Positions 36,423 to 47,606 of a stretch of 56,167 nt of DNA are shown in pieces. This DNA is from Octopus sinensis (lineage: Eukaryota). The position numbers and the translations under genes are program-made. The notes under the pieces were generated by a model that worked only from the letters and a program-made list of their open reading frames with translations, had not been told where the DNA came from and ran no database searches. The stretch is taken from positions 1 to 56,167 of the forward strand of contig NW_021834492.1 of assembly GCF_006345805.1 (NCBI RefSeq), written 5' to 3'. The number at the start of each line of letters is the position of its first letter. The stretch's first letter is position 1.

Positions 36423-37380
36423 CGCCACTTCATCCTACGTGGATATCCCCTCACCACTATCCACACCGCCCTTGCCAGAGCACGTTCCGTGGACCGTGCA
36501 TCTGCTCTCTCTCCCCGAACACGTCCTGCCATCTCCCGTCTCCCATTTCCCCTCACCTACCTATTTCTTTACAACCCACAAGGGGCTTTACACAGAGGGG
36601 ACAAACAAGGACAGACAAACGATTAAGTCGATTATATCGACCCCAGTGCGTAACTGGTACTTATTTAATCGACACCGAAAGGATGAAAGGCAAAGTCGTC
36701 CTCGGTCGAATTTGAACTCAGAACGTAGCGGCAGACGAAATACCGCTAAGCATTTCGCCCGGCGTGCTAACGTTGCTGTCAGCTCGCCGCCTTTTCTCCT
36801 CACCTACCACCCGACCACCCGTACCTCTTCAACGCACCATTCTCCGAGCCTTCCGGTGTCTCCAGTTCGACCCCTCCACTTCACACATCTTCCCTAACCG
36901 ACCCCTCCCCTCCTTCAAGCGAGCCTACGACCTACGAGACCGCTTGGTCTACACCTTCTTTCCCAACCCAACCTCTCAACCTGGCTCGTTCGCCTACTCC
37001 CGACCACGCTGCCGTACTTGCCCTTACCTCTCCAACACCACCCTCCTCACCGGCACCCAGAATCGACCCTATCACATCACTGACTCCCTCACCTTCACCT
37101 CTACCAATATCATCTATTGCATCTCCCGCTCTCTCTGCCATTCTCTGTACATCGGACAAATGGGACGCCGCTTGACTGACCGGTTCGCGAAACACCTCCG
37201 AGACATCCGCCTCAGCAATGACACCCTGGTCTCACGCCATTTCCGCTCTACCAGTCACTTTTTGTAGCACCTGTCCGTGTTCGGATTGTCTTTGCACAGG
37301 GGCCATCTGGTCTCCCGTTTGCGCCGTGAACAGGGATTAATCTTCTCTCTTCGCTCCTTTGCTCCACATGGGCTCAACTC
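36423..37380 (+). mobile_element. Penelope-like element C-terminal fragment (GIY-YIG), split by a SINE
   Basis: FILRGYPLTTIHTAL..PFPLTY|HPT..FKRAYDLRDRLV..CRTCPY..TNIIYCISRSLCHSLYIGQMGRRLTDRFAKHLRDIR..HGLN. Confidence 0.87.
36562..36797 (-). mobile_element. tRNA-derived SINE (family A), full length, with 11-bp TSD
   Basis: Head ggcggcgagctgacagcaacgttagc, B box gagttcaaattcg, tail ...gccccttgtgggttgtaaagaaata. TSD cctcacctacc at 36551-36561 and 36798-36808. Confidence 0.92.
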
Positions 37381-37760
37381 TTATGAAGAAAGGCTAAAGA
37401 CGCTCGACCTTTATTCTCTAGAAAAACGACGACGCCGTGGTGATCTCATTCTTGCTCACAATATCATAAGCGGAAAGTGTAACCTGCTCCAGAGCGTCGG
37501 CTTCGGGGTCACTCCGAAAAGCTCTATCTGCGACGATTTCATCTCAATGGAAGGAGAGGGGCTTTCTCCGTCCGGGTTGCGGATCCGTGGAATAAGCTGC
37601 CGGACGAGATAGTGAAGATGCCGACGACCGCTCGGTTTAAAGTCTCCCTTGACCACAAGTGGCCTGAACTCTTTACATGAACACCACCCTGTACATAACT
37701 CCATGTCCCCCTACATGGCCTTGCTTTTGCTTTTTGAGCCCAAAAATTACCTAACTACTA
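37381..37760 (+). mobile_element. CR1-clade LINE 3' end
   Basis: YEERLKTLDLYSLEKRRRRGDLI..RGHSEKL..FSVRVADPWNKLPDEIV..FKVSLDHKW. Confidence 0.87.
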
Positions 37761-37802
37761 AATATGTATATATATATATATACATATTTAGTTAGTTAGT
37801 TA

Positions 37803-37856
<54 letters not shown>

Positions 37857-38014
37857 GTTCAGCAAAATTTAGATTCAATGAATATGGTACTTAATTAGAA
37901 GCACCAGAAGTTTGTACGGTGTTATCCATATAAATCCATGGGGTGATTATAATCAAAGTAAGCAACAAGAATATCTTCGGTAATTCCAAATTACCGAAAA
38001 TATTCTGTTGCTTA

Positions 38015-38063
<49 letters not shown>

Positions 38064-38234
38064 GCGTGAAGTATATTTGCCATTTAATATGGCTAACCCC
38101 TAAGGGTGGATGCACTGTAGCTTGTAGACCCAGAGGACACCTCCTCCAGCCACTGGCTATTGACACACTTTCTTTCTCTGTGCTCTATCAGTATTTATAA
38201 AGGAAACCATCCATCCCGTCTTCAACCTATGATA

Positions 38235-38279
38235 CACACGGACTCGAGTTTCTGAGTATTGACCCGTCATCAGCGTGTG
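38235..38279 (-). ncRNA. Minimal type I hammerhead ribozyme motif
   Basis: Minus strand reads cacacg CUGAUGA cgggtcaatactca GAAA ctcgag UC cgtgtg: 6-bp stem I, stem II gggt/actc, palindromic stem III actcgagt, GUC cleavage triplet. Confidence 0.75.
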
Positions 38280-38594
38280 ACAATCCACAGTTGTCGATGA
38301 AAAGTAGGTTCCCTTTGCAAATATATATCTTATAAATGTTAAAGATAGTTTTCAGAAGGAATTATTAAAAAGTTCAGTGGAATATTGGTATTGTATCTGT
38401 ATATTATGTTATCATAAAATAGTCTTTTACGATAACATGGTGGACCAGGTCAGTTTAAGCAACCCTACTACTATAATGTAAACTTTTTTGAACTTATAAT
38501 ATTCTGTGTGTGTATATATATACAGATACAATACCAATAATCCACTGAACTTTTTAATAATTCCTTCTGGAAACATTCTTTAACATTTACTTGA

Positions 38595-38920
38595 GAATGT
38601 ATATATATGTTGTAATCTTTTGTGCCCAATATTTTAATGAACTTGTCAAGCTTTTTTATATTTTCCCAAGATTTTTCCTTGTAAGCTGTTCTTAACATGT
38701 TCTTATTATCAAGGAATGTATATATATATGTATTGTAATATTTTGTGACAACCAGTACCTGGCACAACCAAGCTTTTGTGTCCAATATTTTGATGAACTT
38801 GTTAAACTTTTTTATATTTTCCCAAGATTTTCCCTTGTAAATGTTCTTGTTACCAAAGAATGTATATATGTATTGTAGTATTTTGTGACAACCAATAATT
38901 AACACAACCAAACTTTTACA
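38595..38920. repeat. ~156-bp imperfect tandem duplication
   Basis: ttttgtg.ccaatatttt.atgaacttgt.aa.ctttttt.atattttcccaagatttt at ~38618 and ~38774. Confidence 0.85.
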
Positions 38921-40195
38921 TGTTACTTTTGACAATCTTTTTCTAAAAAGTGAAACCGGCAAAGTAAATAAATATCTTTTAAAATTGCATTTTCAAACCT
39001 TCTTTCATATATAATTCCACTCGCGCGGTACCTTACAACTCCACTTTGTTATATATATATATATTTAGGAAGGTGAGTGTTATGGCCGCCAGGGAGTGAC
39101 TATTGGTTTCGCACCAACAACGTGCTCAGCTATAAAGGTGACTCGTCAAACTCAAATGGCCGTAGGTTATGTGTCTATGGTCATTTGTGTTTGACGAGTC
39201 GCTTATACAGCTAAACATTTTATATGTGCGAATCCAATGGTCCCTCTCTGACCGGCAATAACAATCATCTTTCTAAATATATATATATTTTATATGTATG
39301 TGTGTTTGTGAGTGTGCATGTGCTTGTATGTATGTGTGCGTGTGTGTTTATGTGTGTATATTTGTGTGGGGGAGAGTGCGTGTGTGTGCATTTGTGCATG
39401 TGTATACGTGCTCGGGTAAGGTGCAAATACATCGAAGAATCGCACTTTGTTCCGGTCCTCATCTCATTTGTATTTCCCTCATTTATTTACACAATCTCTT
39501 CCTTGACACGAGACTGATAAATCGCAGCTAAATTTTCCCTTACAAAAATTGGAATCGGCAACACAGCAACCAAATTCTTCGTTGAATTAACAATGCTGAT
39601 CATTCTCGGAGTGATGACATATCTAGTTTACAACTGTGTCATATTATTCTAATTAAGAATTTACGTATCTTCATCCTGTTAATATTATTTTGCTGAGTCG
39701 CAAATTCAGATTTGACTGGATCTGAGCTTCAATTCAAAATCTCCTGTCACTTATACTTCACATTCATTTAAATCCATTATGTATGAAAAATGATTTACTT
39801 TGTTCTTCATTTAAGTTTTCTTTATATAATAATTTTAATTAGTTTTGTACATTCCGTAATAAAGCTGGCATTTGCTCTCTTGGTATTTCTGACTGATCTA
39901 GTGTTTCTGTTGTACGTAGTTCTGAATTTACGAACGTCTGGTATGAAAGATTTTAAGTTGGCTCAGACGGAGCAAAGACTCAGTATTGACGCGTATGGGT
40001 GATAAAGTGTAGACACCTACTAAGAAAGGTACAGTCAGCGTCCTAGAAAAGTAGATATCTAAGGATGGTGAAAACTACATGTGTTCACCACCCCGAAATT
40101 TTACTGTGAACTCTATGTAAGAAGTGCGATGCTATATACGCACACACACATTCACCATTTAGATTAGTTGAAATATGTTTGTCACATATTTCATA

Positions 40196-41180
40196 CAGGT
40201 GTTGGACAAAACAATGGTAACACCTCAAAATTTCAAACAAATTTATTTTAATATGGGGTAGGACCACCTTTGGCAGTAATTACAGCTTGAATTCTAAGAG
40301 GTATAGACTCGTACAAAGTTTGAATTGTTTCTAAAGGAATTTTTGTCCATTCTTCTGCTAAAACAGTCTCCAGTTCTTGTAATGATGATAGTGGAGGATA
40401 TTGACTCCTTACTTGTTTTTCTAAAATGCACCATAAATGTTCAATAATATTGAGGTCTGGGGACTGTGGTGGCCAGATAATTTGTTCAACTTCACTAGAA
40501 TGTTCCTTGTATAGCTGTGTGAATTGGTGCATTATCATCCTGAAAGATTGCGTTTCTCCCCGGAAACAGCTCCACAACCATAGGTTGCATTTGATCAGAT
40601 AAAATGCTTAAATAATCATGACTGTTAATTCTGCCATGAAGAGAAACCCACTTGTCCGGTGGATTTCTAAGATATAGCCCCTGAGATCATCAGAGATTCT
40701 CCTCTACGTTTAACAGTTAGAAGAAGGCAGTCTAGGTCAATTGCTTCTTTTGGCTGTCTCCACACGTATACTCGGCCGCTGGTCTGAAATAACGTAAAGG
40801 ATGACTCGTCCAAGAAAATAACATTCTTCCACTGCTCTAGGGCCTAATTCTGTAGGTTTTTTTCTCCACTCTAAACAGTGGTTTTCTGATTGTAGCTCTC
40901 CCGTGAAATCCGGGTTTGTGCAGCTCCCGGTGAACAATTTTGTGAAAACTGGGTTCTCGAGGTGGTCATTAAGCTATGCAGTAATTTTAGGAGCTATATT
41001 TTTATGATTCTTTGTAATAATTGGCGTAAGAGTCCGACGGTCCCTGTCTGAAAGTTTTGGTTTACTTCCGGAGTTTCGCTTCGACGAGGAGGTTTTTCCC
41101 TCTTCCTCAAAGGCTGTCATTACTTCCGAGACAGTACTTCTTAATGCATCAAACATTTCGACTGTTTTCGTTACGCCAGC
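40196..41180 (-). mobile_element. Tc1-like DD34E transposon, 5' end missing
   Basis: TA|CAGGTGTTGGACAAAACAATGG terminal repeat at 40194-40217; WPPQSPDLNIIEHLW...IQAVITAKGGPTPY*; N-terminal RSTVSEVMTAFEEEGKTSS.KRNSGSKPKLSDRDRRTL. Confidence 0.9.
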
Positions 41181-41479
41181 GTAAACTATTCCTTATATCC
41201 AGCTCTGGGTAGCGTACGATGCAATATACAACATGCGACTTAAATATCCTTTCATTAAATAATAGACGTAATATCCTATATGATACACTATTTATTATTC
41301 TATTATTAGTAGGGTCCGGATGATTGGAGTATTTACTTACATTTTAAGCTTTCGTTAAGTCTATGATATGTTTTCTATATTCATTCTTTTTTTCTCGAAC
41401 GGCTAACAGTTGTTAACAGTTTGTGGTTAACAGTTTAGCCCTGTTTGTTTTAATATTTTGTTTTATTGTACTAAGTTAG

Positions 41480-41600
41480 CGAAAGCGTTTGGCCTAGTTG
41501 CACTCACACACCAGATCATGAGTTCGATTCCTGGAGCGGGTAGCACATTCTTAAGGAAAAATATTTCCTTTCACGTCGAAGAATAGACCAAACATAGCTC
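41480..41600 (+). mobile_element. Degenerate tRNA-SINE head
   Basis: tggcctagttgcactcac...gagttcgattcctgg B box, followed by CORE-like ttcttaaggaaaaatatttcctttcacgt. Confidence 0.5.
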
Positions 41601-41810
41601 TACGTGTTGTAAAAAGCGACTAAAAGTGATTGAAGTAGGTTTTGCACTACGATCACATAACCCCCCCCCCCAGCAGCAACGACTACCCTAGCAGACCTAT
41701 GAGTTGGAGGATTATCGCCTGAGTGGTACAAAGATGTCCTTCACCAGGTGTTATAGGGAATCACCAAAACATGGTGGATGCAGTGACGCGCGGTTACGGA
41801 CCATGATCCA

Positions 41811-41872
<62 letters not shown>

Positions 41873-42419
41873 TGTTATGTAATTTAATTTAGAAAACATC
41901 TTGATCTTGTAACTGAGGAATCTTCATTGGCGAGTGTTGCTGAAATACTGTGAATGTAATGCAATAAATTTAATGACGATGAAACAATTGTAGTATTATG
42001 CAATAAAGTGTATTTGCTCAACCCAATCTCTCTGGTTTACACTAATATGCGCGCGTGTGTGTGTGTGTGTTTGTGTGCGTGTGAATGAGCCTGCGTATGT
42101 ATCCATGTGCATGTGTTTGTGCACACATACACGAGCGTTCACGGAAACCCATATTAATAATCTACTTTTGAACTGGACGAAAGATTTAAATAAGACATTA
42201 CTCTGTTATTGTTTTTGAACAACGTATATTGCCTAAACATTTACTTTCGAAAACACTAGTTTAATCCGAAAGAAAGAAGAAAATATTGCACATCTGGCAA
42301 CAGCTTGCCTGCAGGGTTTAAGTTGTTTAAGTGTCTTGCCGAAGGTTTTGAAGATAGAATTTGCCTGAGGAAACATACATGTTCCCTGCCGAAGCGTGAC
42401 GTATTGTTTTATATGCTCG

Positions 42420-42532
42420 GACTCTCGCAACTCTTTCGCTCTTTCTTGCTCTCTCTCTCTTCTCTCTCTTCTCTCTCTCTTTCTCTCATTCTCTGCCTCT
42501 TTCTCTCTCTCTTTCTTGCTCTCTCTCCCCCC

Positions 42533-42565
<33 letters not shown>

Positions 42566-42906
42566 TCTCTCTCTATTTCTACATTCTCTGCCTCTTTCTC
42601 TCTCTCTTTCTTGCTCTCTCTCCCCCCTCTCTCTCTCTCTCTCTCCTTCTCTCTCCCTGAGCGTCTCTGCAGGAATCTAGTTAGTTTCTTACAAAGAAAA
42701 TTAGTCAGACACATTCACAATAACACCGACATACACACACACACTCACACACACTCACACACACACGCGTGCACACAGGCGCACGCGCTCACGCACGTAC
42801 GCACATGCGTGCACACACGCACGCATAAACAGATTCACATATGTGTATTTTTCGCTAGTGTTGCCCACATGCATCCCGGTGAGTAAGTGTCTAACTCTCC
42901 TTTTCC

Positions 42907-42939
<33 letters not shown>

Positions 42940-43146
42940 ACTCACTCCCTCGCAAATTATGTTTATACATGTGTATGTGTGCATATATATGTGCTATATA
43001 TATATATATATATGAATACATATGTAAATATGTATATATATATATATGTGTGTATGTAATATGTATATATGTATATATATGTATATATAGATATATATGT
43101 ATATATATATATAAGTGTATATATATTAGGTATGTATATATATGTG

Positions 43147-43200
<54 letters not shown>

Positions 43201-44049
43201 TACATATGTAAATATGTATATATATATATGTGTGTATGTAATTATGTATATATTATATATGAATATATCTATATATGTATATATATATGTATATATATAT
43301 ATATGTATATATATATATAAGTGTATATATATATATGTATGTATATATATATATATGTGTATATGTATATATATATATATTATATATATATTTATGTATA
43401 TATATATATATGTGTGTGTGTGTATATATACATATATATCCTTTACGCTTAATAAGATATATATTATATATGCACCAATGTGCATATAAAACCAAAGACA
43501 AATCAGTGGCGGTGCAAGGAAATGATAAATATCGATGAAAATGAAAGGAAAGAAGATGAGTAGAAAAAAGAGAAATAAAGAAAGAAGCAAGAAAGAAAGA
43601 AGGGAAGAAAAAAAGAAAAGAGAAAAAAGAAAAAAAGAAAGAGAGAGAGAGAGAGATAGAGAAGGTTTGGGAAAAGCGAGATAGCATTTTTCATTTCGTG
43701 AGGATGGCGGGCAGTAGGTGGGGCAAAAAAGTAAGGGAGTTGCAAGTAAAACAAAAGTAATGTTGAAAAGAAACAGGAAATTATTTAAATGAATGAAGGG
43801 AAAAGTGCGGACATTAGAAAAAGAACAAAAAAAGATGAACGTCTAAAGAGAAATAATTATAACAAATAGATGAGGAAAAAGTTCGGAAAGAAAAAGCGTA
43901 GGAGCTATAGAGTGATCGAAGCGGGTATAGGTGTACCTGTCTACATTGGAAAAAGGGGGCGGACAGGTGAGAAGAAAGGAAGGAGAAGAAGAAGGAAAGA
44001 ACGAATGAAAGAAAGTAGGAAGGAAAAAGAAAGGAAGAAATTTGAAGCT

Positions 44050-44103
<54 letters not shown>

Positions 44104-44496
44104 GAGAGAGAGAGAGAGAAAGAGCTACGGAGAGAAAGACAGAGAAAGAAAGAGGAAAAGAGAGCTGTGCAGAGAATGAAAGTGACACACACATACGTAT
44201 TTACATACGTACATACATACATACATACATCATACATACATCCATACATACATACATACATACATCCATACATACATATATTATATATATATGTATATAT
44301 ATATATATATATATGTATATATGTACATATATAAATATGAGATAGATAGACATTGAAAGGAGGGGGAATGGGAGAGAAGCGATGGAAAGGAAGAGGGCGA
44401 ATCAGAGAGAGGGAAGGAAAGTGATAGAAAGAAAGTAGACACGGACAACGGATGGAGAGGAAGGTGATAGACGGATAGAGAGGAAGCAAGAGAGAG

Positions 44497-44530
<34 letters not shown>
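42420..44530. repeat. Cluster of (CT)n, (TA)n/(TG)n, GA-rich and (CATA)n simple repeats
   Basis: Directly visible; includes higher-order duplications. Confidence 0.9.
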
Positions 44531-45186
44531 AAATGATGGACAGTTGAATAGTTTTGACGGTTAAAACGTAACTTTTTGCTTCCTCAGGATGTTGATTATC
44601 CCGAAATGGATTTCTGATGCACGTGTATGCTTGTGTAAACGTATATATGCAGAACCAAGTTTATATATGTGTATATGTACGTTCATGTATGTATGTGTTT
44701 AAGTGCGTGTGTCAATGGATGTGTGGATTTGTGCGTTTATAAACACACACGCACACACACACACACGTTTTAATGCACTTATATTCACACACATTTATGT
44801 GCATGTCACTGAGTGTGCGTAGATATAGCTGTATGCGTGTGTTTGTGTATGTGTGTCTGGATGTGTGCGTAGATGTGTCTGTATGAGTGTGTGCATCTGT
44901 CTATGTACGTAGGCGCTTGCTTGCGGTGGCGTTCAGTACGGCCTCTCCCAACACAGGTTTCACCAGCCTTGTCCATTTGCTGATAAAGAACGGAACGAAG
45001 CGTGTTGTTGCCGCAGCCTGGTGACATCCGCCTGATGTTTGCGGCATATGATGGCGACTTTATCGGCCAAGACAAGGGGTCAGAAGCCAAGGAAAGGAAG
45101 AAAGACAGGAGAGCTGTAAAAAAAACAGTAGAAAATTTGATACAAGCGACATAAACAAAGTCAGACACACGCACATACATATGCAT

Positions 45187-45249
<63 letters not shown>

Positions 45250-45379
45250 ATCCCCAATATATGTAATTAAACAGTTCGTGATTCATTATTGTTTTATTTA
45301 GAGTTTCACACACATATAAAGTACATCGGCAACTTCTCACAGATACACGCTCGTACGTTATTTATGAGTGTGTGATAAA

Positions 45380-45448
45380 TTGGCAGAGAATGGTTGAAGG
45401 TTTGCATCGCAGTCTTGAGATCTCGAATTCGATCCCACAGCGTGGCCT
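45380..45448 (+). mobile_element. tRNA-like SINE head remnant
   Basis: tggcagagaatggttg (A box-like) and gaattcgatccc (B box-like). Confidence 0.45.
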
Positions 45449-45455
45449 TTTCTTT

Positions 45456-46069
45456 GTATGTATGTATGTATGTATGTATGATTTATGTATGTATGTATGT
45501 ATGTATGTATGTATGTATGTATGTACGTATGTACGTATGTATCTATGAATGTATGTAAGTATGTATGTATGTATGTATGCATGTACGTATGTATGTATGT
45601 ATCTATGAATGTATGTAAGTATGTATGTATGTATGCATGTATGTATGTATGTATGTATGTATGTATGTATGTATGTATGTATGTATGTATGTGTGTGTGT
45701 ATGTATGTATGTATGTGTGTATATATGTATGTATGTATGTATGTATGCATGTATGTACGTATGTATGTATCTATGTATGCATGTATGTATGTATGTATGT
45801 ATGTATGTATGTATGTGTGTATGTATGCATGTATGTATGTATGTATGTATGTATGTATGTATGCATGCATGTATGTATGTATGTATGTATGTATCTATGA
45901 ATGTATGTATGTGTGTATGCATGTATGTATGTATGTATGTGTATGTATGTATGTATGTATCTATGAATGTATGTATGTGTGTATGTATGTATGTATGTAT
46001 GTATGTGTATGTATGTATGTATGTATGCGTATGTATGCATGTATGTGTGTATGTATGTATGTATGTATG

Positions 46070-46101
<32 letters not shown>

Positions 46102-46447
46102 CGTATGTATGCATGTATGTGTGTATGTATGTATGTATGTATGTATGTATGTATGCATGCATGTATGTATGTATGTATGTATGTATGTATGTATGTGTGT
46201 ATGTATGTACGTATGTACGTATGTATGTATGTATGTATGTATGTATGTGTGTATGTATGTATGTATGTATGTATGTATGTATGTATGTATGTATGTATGT
46301 ATGTATGTGTGTATGTATGTACGTATGTACGTATGTATGTATGTATGTATGTATGTATGTATGTATGTACGTATGTATGCATGTATGTATGTATGTGTGT
46401 GTGTATGTATGTATGTATGTATGTATGTGTGTATGTATGTATGTGTG

Positions 46448-46481
<34 letters not shown>

Positions 46482-47084
46482 CGTATGTATGTATCTATGT
46501 ATGCATGTATGTATGTATGTATGTATGTGTGTATGTATGCATGTATGTATGTATGTATGTATGTATGTATGCATGCATGTATGTATGTATGTATGTATCT
46601 ATGAATGTATGTATGGTGTATGCATGTTATGTATGTATGTATGTGTATGTATGTATGTATCTATGAATGTATGTATGTGTGTATGTATGTATGTATGTAT
46701 GTGTATGTATGTATGTTGTATGTATGTATGTATGCGTATGTATGCATGTATGTGTGTATGTATGTATGTATGTATGTATGTATGTATGTATGTATGCATG
46801 CATGCATGTATGTATGTATGTATGTATGTATGTATGTATGTATGTATGTATGTATGTATGTATGTATGTATGCATGCATGTATGTATGTATGTATGTATG
46901 TATGCATGTATGTATGTATGCATGTATGTATGTATGTACGTATGTATGTGTATGTATGTATGTGTGTGTGTATGTATGTATGCGTTGTATATGTATATTG
47001 TATGTATGCATGTATGTATGTATGTATGTGTATGTATGTATGTATGTATATGTATGTATGTGTGTATGTGTGTATGTATGTATA
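45456..47084. repeat. ~1.6-kb (TATG)n tetranucleotide array with variant units
   Basis: Directly visible; source of the MYVC/HTYI ORFs. Confidence 0.98.
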
Positions 47085-47161
47085 TCAGACTGTCCTTCTC
47101 CAAGACACAAACTTTAGCACGGTCTTTCAGCACAGGGCACACCAACCTAGAATTTCTGCAA

Positions 47162-47196
<35 letters not shown>

Positions 47197-47228
47197 CATG
47201 CGTACATACAAACATGCATACATACTTA

Positions 47229-47480
47229 TGTCAATTATGGTGAATTAATGCGGGGCTTGAGGCTCTTATACCCTAACTATAAATTCTCAGTTGTACCTTT
47301 CATCATAGTTGCATTAGGCTATTAATTTACATTAATTAGGCTATTAATTGCATTAGGCTATTAATTGCATTAGGCTATTAATTATAATCTACAAATTTAC
47401 TAAAAAAATTAGAAATACTAGGTTTTTCGAAGAAAGAGCAAAAGAAACTGACGCAGATTATACGAATCCTATCTATTAGC
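47229..47480 (+). mobile_element. RLE-type non-LTR retrotransposon C-terminal fragment, distinct from the Dong-like one
   Basis: YGELMRGLRLLYPNYKFSVVPFIIVALGY..KLEILGFSKKEQKKL; internal 17-bp unit gcattaggctattaatt x3. Confidence 0.55.
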
Positions 47481-47496
47481 GAAAATGTTTAAGAAT

Positions 47497-47508
47497 CAAT
47501 CAATCTAT

Positions 47509-47606
<98 letters not shown>
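47497..47606. repeat. (TATC)n microsatellite 5' of the Tx1 insertion
   Basis: Directly visible. Confidence 0.97.

Noticed and set aside
39095-39135. Minus-strand hammerhead-like gcac/gtgc-GAAAC...GUC
   Set aside because: The core reads CUGA only, lacking NGA, and no stem I pairing is present.
45358-47325. Long ORFs up to 452 aa (MYVC.../HTYI...)
   Set aside because: These are translations of (TATG)n, which has no stop codons. The same applies to the poly-I/Y, poly-S, poly-T, poly-H and RE/LS ORFs throughout the track.
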